Assembly (NCBI RefSeq): GCF_000223395.1
Contig: NC_015931.1
Location: 420,001 to 452,000, forward strand
DNA from: Pyrolobus fumarii 1A
GTDB lineage: Archaea; Thermoproteota; Thermoprotei_A; Sulfolobales; Pyrodictiaceae
Length of the DNA: 32,000 bases
Reading direction: 5' to 3'
Part shown: positions 10,418 to 17,564 of the stretch, piece by piece
How positions within the stretch are numbered: the stretch's first letter is position 1
How the letters are laid out: each line of letters starts with the position of its first letter
Position numbers and translations under genes: made by a program
Notes under the pieces: generated by a model
What the model was told of the DNA's origin: nothing
The model's database searches: none
What the model saw: the letters and a program-made list of their open reading frames with translations, nothing else

Positions 10418-10690
10418 TGCATTCTTGCCATGTAGCTATAGGCCCTTCCCAGTATTTATTCTTGTCTGTCTTGTCTCTGTTTATGTGCATTTCGAGAGAT
10501 AGTGTGCGCCATGGCTGCCTGTGGGGCACGGTCCAGCGGTAGTACCGGGGTTATAAGCAGGGTAAAGTCTAAATACTGGATTGCAACAGTTTGGAGTATG
10601 TCCCGACCGCTGATAGTACCATGGGTAATGGTCCGCGGGTAGTACCGGGAGTTTAAAGGGTTACGCTAGAGGGTAGAAAAGGGTTGTGTC
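10418..10690 (-). promoter_or_regulatory. Leader of CRISPR array 1 with TATA-like box
   Basis: It is homologous, in inverted orientation, to 17302-17564. It holds a TGCATTCTTGCC flank, AATAAATA (reverse complement of 10453-10460) 36-43 nt from the first repeat, and two 17-bp dyad motifs at 10530-10546 and 10630-10646. Confidence 0.8.
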
Positions 10691-11016
10691 TAGGATGTGG
10701 GAGTTGCTGATTGTGTTTCCGTGTTTTGTTGTGTGTAGCTGTTGTGGTTGCGAGTTGTAGGTGATGTCTCAGTGTGCGCCTATGTCCGGGTTGTGTAGTG
10801 AGTTTGTTGTTTTACTGTCTCGTGTTGTGCTTGTCGCTTGTGTTGTAGCTTCTCTGTGCTGCTCTCTGGGCGCCCATTGTGCCTCTAGGAGAGGGTTCTT
10901 GCCATGAGACCGTGGGGTATGGTCCCGCTTTTGCCTGGGTTTGGCCTGGTTAGATCGTGGGTGTTGAGCCCGTGGGCCGTGGTGGCCGTGCCTGCAGGGT
11001 ACTACCGTGTCTTGCT

Positions 11017-11991
11017 CTACCTCGTCTCTATCCTGGTTGTCCCGAATCCTGCTGCTCGGCTGGCTCCCATGCCCATTACCGCTGCGTGGCTGAGGAGGTG
11101 CTCGGTTGTCTCGGTGTCTTCTGGCGTCGCGTCCTCGACGTAGAGCTTGGTGTAGCCTACTAGTGCGGGTAGGAGCCTGCCGCTGTGTATGTAGTAGCGG
11201 AGTCTTGTTGTTCTCCAGGTGGCTGGTGAGGGTGAGAGTGTCCTCTCGGCGGCCTCCACCATCTCGAGGGCTCTCCTGTGATCGCCCTCTGCTAGCTCCA
11301 GGGCGTTGACGTAGAGGAGGTATGAGGGTGCTGGTAGTAGCCTCTTCCAGCGGGAGCCGGGGCGCCAGGGGTTAACCGGCAGCGTGGGCGCCATGAGGGT
11401 TATCTTGACGCTGGTGGCGTCGCGTAGCCTGATTATGGGCTTGCCGCCCGGATCGTAGGTGGCCACCCTCCTGGCGTCCACGAGCTCGACGCGCAGCGTG
11501 TGCATCGAGAAGTCTATGTTGACGCCCTTATCCAGGCACGAGACCACCTCGTCTATCACATCCTCGAGGCCCGGGCCGAGCCCCACGTGGAAGGCGAGGG
11601 TGGAGCCGCTCTCGACCACTGGGTACTCGGTGCTCCTGCCGTCCCAGGAGCCGGGGTAGACCGCCTCGACCCTGCCGCCCTCGACGCGGAGGAGGGGTGA
11701 GAGCGAGAGGGGCTTGGGAAGAGTCAGCCCATCGTGGTTCAGTATGAGGGCGGCTGTGCGGGAACACGTGGCCACCAAGCCCCTCACGAGCTTACCCGTG
11801 TAGTCCGTGACGAGGAGGGGGCCGTAGCCGAGCCGGAGCCACAGCCTCACCCGCAGCTCCCAACGCTGGAATATCGTCAACCAGCCGCCGGCCCCTGGCT
11901 CCAACCACACGAGAGGCGCGTATAGACATAGAGGCGGCAAAGAACCCAGGCAAACAGTCACCAGTGCACCAGTCTCTACCGCGCTCCACAC
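11017..11991 (-). CDS. cas6: Cas6 endoribonuclease paralogue A
   Basis: The C-terminus has a glycine-rich loop, HLLSHAAVMGMGASRAAGFG (Cas6 GhGxxxxxGhG-type). It is homologous along its length to the ORF at 14107-15078, sharing LPVNPWRPGSRWKRLLP among other segments. It lies adjacent to leader 1. The first ~40 aa are doubtful, so the true start is probably internal. Confidence 0.75.
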   Translation of the reverse strand: MWSAVETGALVTVCLGSLPPLCLYAPLVWLEPGAGGWLTIFQRWELRVRLWLRLGYGPLLVTDYTGKLVRGLVATCSRTAALILNHDGLTLPKPLSLSPLLRVEGGRVEAVYPGSWDGRSTEYPVVESGSTLAFHVGLGPGLEDVIDEVVSCLDKGVNIDFSMHTLRVELVDARRVATYDPGGKPIIRLRDATSVKITLMAPTLPVNPWRPGSRWKRLLPAPSYLLYVNALELAEGDHRRALEMVEAAERTLSPSPATWRTTRLRYYIHSGRLLPALVGYTKLYVEDATPEDTETTEHLLSHAAVMGMGASRAAGFGTTRIETR

Positions 11992-12275
11992 GGAGCCCCA
12001 AGGATACCCGGCATCATGCCCGTGTGTGACCGCGGCGGCATCGAGAGCAGCTAATGGAATCCAAGACTAGTACGAGAGCGTCGATCACGTTGGCCCTAGT
12101 TCACTAGGGGAAGGCGAGCAGAGGGTACACCGTGGTGCCTCCAACGGGCCAGGTTAGGCCCTACAAGTCGTCCCGGCGATAGACGGTGTAAAGGACTGCT
12201 GTTTGTTTGGGCTGAGAGATTGTGTGGTTAGTGAGGGGCTGGTAAGCCTGGGACGGGGTGCTGGGCTACTGGCCG

Positions 12276-12827
12276 TCAATGCTTGCGGCTGTGCTCTATC
12301 CTGGCCCGGATCTCCTCGACCAGCTTCTCTGCCTCGGCTAGTACGGCCTCTACGTCTCTGCGTGTACACCAGCCCTCGTAGAAGCAGGTGTGGAGGCTGT
12401 TGGCCTCGCGGAACACCCTCCCTATCCACTCTCCCAGCTCGCGAGCGACAACATCCTTGTACTCCCATAGCTCGCCGTGGCTAGCCAGCCTCCTCCCATC
12501 CCTCCAGGCCGCATACGCCTTCACGGCTAGCGCCACAGCGCCCCAAATCTTCTCAGCAGCCTGCCTATGGTCGCCCCTACCCAGCTCTCCCCTCGCCTGC
12601 CCAAGGAGCAGGCTAGCGGCCTCGATGTAGTCCAGAGCCCTCTCCCTCGGATCCGCCTCCCGCTCCACAAGCTCGATGATATACTCCTCGACCGTCACAC
12701 CTAGACGCTCAGCCTCCCTCTTAACCCTCTCACCAACCCTAGGGGGGAGCACGATAACCAGACCAGCCAAGACCCTACCATCCCCAGTCTTAGGGGTAGG
12801 CAGTACGCCCCACAAAACGTGTAACAC
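12276..12827 (-). CDS. PaREP1-family protein with N-terminal RHH-like segment
   Basis: AAEKIWGAVALAVKAYAAWRDGRRLASHGELWEY...ANSLHTCFYEGW matches the remembered PaREP1 pattern (EKxWGA..VK..A...SH..LW...A..LH..FYEG). The N-terminal VKREAERLGVTVEEYIIELV looks CopG/RHH-like. Confidence 0.7.
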   Translation of the reverse strand: MLHVLWGVLPTPKTGDGRVLAGLVIVLPPRVGERVKREAERLGVTVEEYIIELVEREADPRERALDYIEAASLLLGQARGELGRGDHRQAAEKIWGAVALAVKAYAAWRDGRRLASHGELWEYKDVVARELGEWIGRVFREANSLHTCFYEGWCTRRDVEAVLAEAEKLVEEIRARIEHSRKH

Positions 12828-12945
12828 ATGAACCTGAGGCGCTGCAACACCCCGGCTTGCCGAGCCGGTTCCCTGGGTCCGGGGGCGGTCCAGGGCTTTC
12901 GAATAGTGTCACTGTAGACTGTACCGCGACTCCCTTGCCCGGCTG

Positions 12946-14052
12946 GTGGTGCTGGCCAGCGGCGCCATGCGCTTTAATTTTATGCAGCGACGCTACTGTC
13001 TTCGTTGCTGGGAGTGTCTTGGCGTGGCTTCGTGGCGTAGGGTTAGGCTGGTCTTCGCCCCTGGTCTCACAGTAGAGTTTGTTGACCGCGAGCGTGGTTT
13101 GAGGCAGGTTGAGGGTCTCGCCGGGAGGGGTACGAGGTTCCCCGTGGTGATCTATGGGCCGGAGGGTTGCGGGAAGACCGCGTTTCTCCGCCAGGTTTTC
13201 GAGGTTTTGAAGAGCCTCGGGTATAGCGTCGTCTACGTGAATCCGCTCGGGAGGGAGGCTGGGGAGAGGCTGCTGACGACGGAGGATGTGAGGAGTCTCG
13301 TGGGCGCGTTGGCCGAGTTTGCTCTTGGCGGTGGGGCTGCGAGGCTCGTAGACGCGGCTTTGGGAGTCGCGTCTAGGCTGTTCGGGCGTAGCAGGAGGAT
13401 AGCGTTCATAGCGGATGACGTATTCCAGGCTATTGGTGTCGAGGAGGCCGAGTTGTACGTCAAGAGGCTGTTGAACCTCATCGAGTATCCTCCGGGCGAG
13501 TATGAGAGGATTGTTGTCCTGGTGGCGTCTAGCGAGGGCGTCACGAGGGGGAGGATCTCTAGGCACAACTGGGCGAAGCTCATGATGATGTGGAACATGC
13601 CGAGGAGCGCCCTGGAGGAGCTCTACGAGCAGATACCGGGCGCTAAGCCGGGCTTCGACGAGGTGTGGGCCTGGACCGGCGGAAACCCGAGGTACCTGAG
13701 CCGACTCTACGAGGCCGGGTGGCGGGTGGACCGCGTGATAGAGGAGATCGTCGCTGAGAGGAGGGTGTTGCGGGCGCTCGCCCGGAGGTGGAGAAGAGAG
13801 CTGGAGGAGACTGTCAACGACCCGGACTACCTCATGGAGGAGTATGAGAGGGTGGAGGGGCTTGCACGGAAACTGATAGAACTCAACATGGTGGTGGAGG
13901 TCGTCGAGTACCGCAGCGAGGATCTCTGGATAGACACGCCTCCGCCCGAGAGGGACCCGGAGCTGGGCATAGGAAGGTTCTACGCATGGGCGACCCCGCT
14001 TCACAGGGAGGCTGTCAGGAGGATACTCTCCGAGTATTCTCTGAGCGGGTGA
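12946..14052 (+). CDS. Archaeal AAA+ ATPase (Arch_ATPase/PF01637-like)
   Basis: FVDRERGLRQVEGL is followed by a Walker A motif, VVIYGPEGCGKTAFL. Walker B reads IAFIADDVFQ, and TGGNPRYL is also present. The start is uncertain: a TTTAATTTTA box at 12971-12980 suggests a downstream start such as the GTG at 13024. Confidence 0.75.
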   Translation: MVLASGAMRFNFMQRRYCLRCWECLGVASWRRVRLVFAPGLTVEFVDRERGLRQVEGLAGRGTRFPVVIYGPEGCGKTAFLRQVFEVLKSLGYSVVYVNPLGREAGERLLTTEDVRSLVGALAEFALGGGAARLVDAALGVASRLFGRSRRIAFIADDVFQAIGVEEAELYVKRLLNLIEYPPGEYERIVVLVASSEGVTRGRISRHNWAKLMMMWNMPRSALEELYEQIPGAKPGFDEVWAWTGGNPRYLSRLYEAGWRVDRVIEEIVAERRVLRALARRWRRELEETVNDPDYLMEEYERVEGLARKLIELNMVVEVVEYRSEDLWIDTPPPERDPELGIGRFYAWATPLHREAVRRILSEYSLSG

Positions 14053-14106
14053 CGCTAGCGTAGAGTAGCCGCGGCTAGTGGTGCGCGTCGGGCGCCCGTG
14101 GGGCTC

Positions 14107-15078
14107 CTAGCCCTCGAGCCTATCGGTGGACGGCATGGCCTCTATGCTTACCGCGCCGAAGCCAGCCGCCCTCCCGGAACCCACCCCCATGACCACAGCG
14201 TGGCTGAGGAGGTGCTCCACGGTCTCTACCTCCCCCTTGCCCACCCCCTCTGTCTCGACGTGGAGCTTCACATAGCCTATCATCGCTGGGAGCCTGCTCC
14301 CGTCGTACAGGTACCAGTATACCCTCGCGGTGTCGAGGGCCGCGTGGCTGGGGGATAGTATCCTCTCGGCGGCGATCAGCGCCCTCTCGACGAGAGCCGT
14401 GTCGGGGTCGAACATGTCGTGGGCGTTCACGGCCAGCAGGTATGAGGGTGTGGGCAGCAGCCTCTTCCAGCGGGAGCCGGGGCGCCAGGGGTTAACCGGC
14501 AGCGTGGGCGACCTAAACACGATCTTGACCGCCTCTACGCCGTCGAGCCTGACTATAGGGTCGCTGTGCGTGTCGTACTCCGCTATCATCCGGGCCTCTA
14601 CGGGCTCCACGGTGATAGCCGCTCCGCAGAACCTCACCGAGACGCCCCGCGAGAGGCACTCGAGCAAACGTGGCATCTCGTTAATCAAGTCGCCACCAGC
14701 ACCAACCTCGAAGAAGACCACCTCGCCGTCTTCGAGCACCGGGGCCCGTATCTTGTCGCGTTGCGGGCCGCCCGGGTACACCGCCTCGACCCTACCGGGG
14801 CCGGTCACGCGGAACAAGGGCGTCACGGAGAGCCTCTTGGCCACGCTCTTCTCCGAGGAGGAGAGTATGGACGCGAACCTCTCCGAGCACACCGCTAGGA
14901 GGCTCTTCACGAGCTTCCCGGTGTAGTTGCACACGCGTAGAGAGCCGAAGCCATACACCCTAACCGTGAAGGACCATCGCTCGAACCTAGCCACTCTATA
15001 GCCCCCGTGCACAGAGGAGCAGGGATTCAAGAAGGGTTTTCGAGCAGGATTTGCGGGAGACGCGCCCTGGTGCAACAC
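14107..15078 (-). CDS. cas6: Cas6 endoribonuclease paralogue B
   Basis: It has the glycine loop HLLSHAVVMGVGSGRAAGFG and the N-terminal pattern WSFTVRVYGFGSLRVCNYTGKLVKSLL. It is a paralogue of 11017-11991 and lies 29 nt downstream of an MNT gene on the same strand. Confidence 0.75.
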   Translation of the reverse strand: MLHQGASPANPARKPFLNPCSSVHGGYRVARFERWSFTVRVYGFGSLRVCNYTGKLVKSLLAVCSERFASILSSSEKSVAKRLSVTPLFRVTGPGRVEAVYPGGPQRDKIRAPVLEDGEVVFFEVGAGGDLINEMPRLLECLSRGVSVRFCGAAITVEPVEARMIAEYDTHSDPIVRLDGVEAVKIVFRSPTLPVNPWRPGSRWKRLLPTPSYLLAVNAHDMFDPDTALVERALIAAERILSPSHAALDTARVYWYLYDGSRLPAMIGYVKLHVETEGVGKGEVETVEHLLSHAVVMGVGSGRAAGFGAVSIEAMPSTDRLEG

Positions 15079-15107
15079 CGGGGCGGGTGTGCAGCCCAGC
15101 GACCTCT

Positions 15108-15452
15108 CTACCCGTCAACCCCAGGGTCTACCCGCACATGCCTATACCTGGCTAGCATCTCTCTACACTCCTCATCACTATGCACGTGCAGCTCTACGGG
15201 GTAGTCTATCGGGAGGCCGTGCTTATCGAAAGCCTCCTTTAGCACCGCGTGCTTCACCAGCCTCGGGTCGGCGTCCTCCTCGAGGCACAGGAGCACATCC
15301 ACATCGCTGAGGACTGTTAGCCTGCCCTCCGCGGCGCCACCGATGACATACACTCTGGCCCTCAACCCGAGGCTCTCGACAGCCCTGGCTATGGCCTCGG
15401 CAGCCTCCCTCCACCTCCTCAGGTACTCTACGTGGTGCCTAGCCCAGAGCAC
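15108..15452 (-). CDS. Minimal nucleotidyltransferase (MNT)
   Basis: It carries VYVIGGAAEGRLTVLSDVDVLLCL and overlaps the upstream HEPN gene by 14 nt. Confidence 0.75.
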   Translation of the reverse strand: MLWARHHVEYLRRWREAAEAIARAVESLGLRARVYVIGGAAEGRLTVLSDVDVLLCLEEDADPRLVKHAVLKEAFDKHGLPIDYPVELHVHSDEECREMLARYRHVRVDPGVDG

Positions 15453-15939
15453 GCCTCTCGACCTCCTCTAGCAGCTCGAATAGTCTCTTCGCGGCCAGTA
15501 TCACATCCGCGACCTCCCGAGCCCCCAGCGTAAAGACCCCATAACGGGCCGATGTATAGGCGTCCTCAGCGTCTATAAGCTGGTCGCGGTACTCCCTCGT
15601 GTACCTCCTGACCTCACCTGCGAGGCTCCGGCACCCCAGCTCCTCCAGCACACGCGCCAGTATCCCGAGCAGCTCGCGGAGACCGTGTATCCTCGGCATT
15701 TCGCCGGAGAGGCGGAGCAGAGACGCTTTTACGCGCAGCTGCATAGCCTGCTCGGCGCAGAAAGCGGCGATGTCATACCGCCCTCTCTCCAGCAGCTCGC
15801 GAGCCAGGGATAGGAAGAAGCGTGCACGATCCTTCAACAGCTCTACACGCTCACCACTACCCATCACGCACCCCGAAGAACCGAGAAACACGAGAACATT
15901 ATACACCATGACGCCGCCATACAGCTGGTACACCGACAA
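15439..15939 (-). CDS. HEPN-domain protein
   Basis: It carries MPRIHGLRELL and YTSARYG motifs. The likely start is the internal Met at about 15864 (MGSGERVELL...). Confidence 0.7.
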   Translation of the reverse strand: MSVYQLYGGVMVYNVLVFLGSSGCVMGSGERVELLKDRARFFLSLARELLERGRYDIAAFCAEQAMQLRVKASLLRLSGEMPRIHGLRELLGILARVLEELGCRSLAGEVRRYTREYRDQLIDAEDAYTSARYGVFTLGAREVADVILAAKRLFELLEEVERRALG

Positions 15940-16102
15940 GACACTATGGCCGCGCGCATAACCGCGGGGGAGGACGCCGCTGCTCGAGACGAGCGTCCCG
16001 CTAGACCCGTCAAACCGAGACGAGGTTGGATAGCCGAGAGGAAGAGCACGGTGACCCCCAAGACGCGGCGAGGCGCTACACGCGGCCTCGTAGAACTATG
16101 GG

Positions 16103-16546
16103 CTACACTATGCGCATCCAGTACCTAGACGCGTCTCTCAACACCACGCTCTTCTCGAGCCTGTCGCGAAGCTCCTCGGGCGTGAGGGGTATGAGGGTCG
16201 CGTCCCTCTCCCACCTCCAGAGCCGGTATAGCATAGAGAGCCTCTCCTCCATAGTGTAGCGCCCCCAGTCCCTAGATACTATCACGAGGTCGACATCGCT
16301 CTCGGCGGTGTAGTCCCCCCGCGCTATACTGCCGAAGAGGTAGACCGCCTCTACCCTCACGCCGCGCCCCCTGAGCTCTACAGTCAGCTCCTCAACCCAC
16401 CTGCGTATCTCCTCGAGAAGCCTCCTCCACTGCTCTCTCCGCCGCCTCAACAACTCTCCTAGCGGCAGCCACTGCTCTCTCCGCGGTTCTCCCGCTGATA
16501 ACTTCATCCGGGAGGCCCTCCACGACATCCGGGTACCTCGCGACAT
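16103..16546 (-). CDS. Minimal nucleotidyltransferase (MNT)
   Basis: It carries VYLFGSIARGDYTAESDVDLVIV. The listed start overlaps the HEPN gene by 155 nt, and an in-frame TTG near 16450 after GGAG is a more plausible start. Confidence 0.7.
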   Translation of the reverse strand: MSRGTRMSWRASRMKLSAGEPRREQWLPLGELLRRRREQWRRLLEEIRRWVEELTVELRGRGVRVEAVYLFGSIARGDYTAESDVDLVIVSRDWGRYTMEERLSMLYRLWRWERDATLIPLTPEELRDRLEKSVVLRDASRYWMRIV

Positions 16547-16850
16547 AGTAGTATTGTGTCAGCTCGTATGCGTCCTCCAGTTCCTCCCTGCCTAGCCCCA
16601 GGTTGGAGCCTAGCTCCTCGAAAAGCCTCCGGATGCTATGCGTCTTCGGGAAATAGCCTTTAAGAGCGAGCAAGACAGCTTTAAGCGCCTTCTCGGCAGC
16701 CTGCTGCGCCCAGAACACGGCGGCCGCACGATCACCCTCCCTAAGGCTACGCTCGGCACGCTCAAGATCCCTCCTTGCGAGCCTCAACCACCATAAAACC
16801 TGCTCCCTAACCACCCTCCACACCCTTACAGCCGCGCCACTACACAGCAT
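16392..16850 (-). CDS. HEPN-domain protein
   Basis: It carries YFPKTHSIRRLFEEL and YYVARYPD, the classical PF05168-type HEPN motifs. Confidence 0.75.
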   Translation of the reverse strand: MLCSGAAVRVWRVVREQVLWWLRLARRDLERAERSLREGDRAAAVFWAQQAAEKALKAVLLALKGYFPKTHSIRRLFEELGSNLGLGREELEDAYELTQYYYVARYPDVVEGLPDEVISGRTAERAVAAARRVVEAAERAVEEASRGDTQVG

Positions 16851-16974
16851 CTATACACTACATGACAGCCAGGCAGCTACCGCGCAATGGGCCCTTTGTA
16901 GCACCGACGCCAACCCTACTCATACACCACCCCCACAAAAACACCACCGGAAAACCAAGAACAACCAATGAACG

Positions 16975-17241
16975 TTAGGACCTCGACTCACACCATACCA
17001 ACGGATCACCGCCCAAGCTCCCTTTGACGCCAGGCATCCCACCAACAATACTCACCTCGAAGAACAGAACCTCACCATATCCAGCCATATCCGCAGCACC
17101 CTCCCGCGTAACAAGCCGCCCCTTACACAGCCTCAACCCTGCCAGGCCAACCACACGGAACAACAGGAGGGTAACAGACAGCCTCTTGGCCACACCCCTC
17201 TGCGACAGGGGAAGGGACACCAACAAACCTCTCCAAAACAT
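16975..17241 (-). pseudogene. cas6: Truncated, decayed cas6 fragment abutting leader 2
   Basis: GVAKRLSVTLLLFRVVG...GEVLFFEVSIVGG aligns with SVAKRLSVTPLFRVTG...GEVVFFEVGAGG of Cas6 B (about aa 85-140). The N-terminal ~55 aa and the C-terminal half, including the glycine loop, are absent. Confidence 0.6.
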
Positions 17242-17289
17242 ATAACCAATAAATTTCCCACAGACTCATCACAAGCTTAAAAACAAATA

Positions 17290-17564
17290 CACTAGCAATC
17301 CTTATCTACCCTCTACAACAATATTTTTAACCCCTGGTACTACCGGTGGACCGTCGCTCACGGTCCCATGGGTGGATGTGAGGTACTCCCGACCGCTGTA
17401 ATCCGGTATTTAACCCTTGCCCGGCTTATAAACTCGGTACTACCCGCGGACCATACCCCACGGCCATCTGTGCCCGGCACGACTACACTCAAATCACAGA
17501 AACAAAGACAACAGAGAAAAGAATAAATAGAAGAGAGACCCTATAACCACACGGCAAGAATGCA
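17290..17564 (+). promoter_or_regulatory. Leader of CRISPR array 2 with TATA-like box
   Basis: It is the inverted homologue of 10418-10690. AATAAATA lies at 17522-17529, 36-43 nt upstream of the first repeat. Dyad motifs lie at 17336-17352 and 17436-17452, and GGCAAGAATGCA directly abuts the first repeat. Confidence 0.8.

Noticed and set aside
5414-10502. Dozens of ORFs across array 1, for example 6131-6952 (273 aa), with recurring peptides FQFILCCF, LSIHSLLF and FNSFFVVS.
   Set aside because: The recurring peptides are translations of the 25-nt CRISPR repeat in three frames. The ORFs are artefacts of a stop-free repeat.
12852-12868. A hairpin, CCGGCT-TGCCG-AGCCGG, in the divergent promoter region between PaREP1 and the ATPase gene.
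   Set aside because: A 6-bp GC stem is expected by chance in DNA this GC-rich, and there is no second copy or positional conservation to support function.
12790-14004. A 404-aa ORF on the minus strand, the longest ORF in this part of the window.
   Set aside because: It lies antisense to the well-supported Arch_ATPase gene (Walker A/B and TGGNPRYL motifs on the + strand). Its translation is P/R/L/H-rich with no motifs. This is a typical shadow ORF in GC-rich DNA.
14330-14926. A 198-aa + strand ORF inside cas6 B. The similar + strand ORFs 11459-11925 inside cas6 A were also considered.
   Set aside because: They are antisense to genes with clear Cas6 motifs, and their S/T/R-rich composition is typical of shadow frames.
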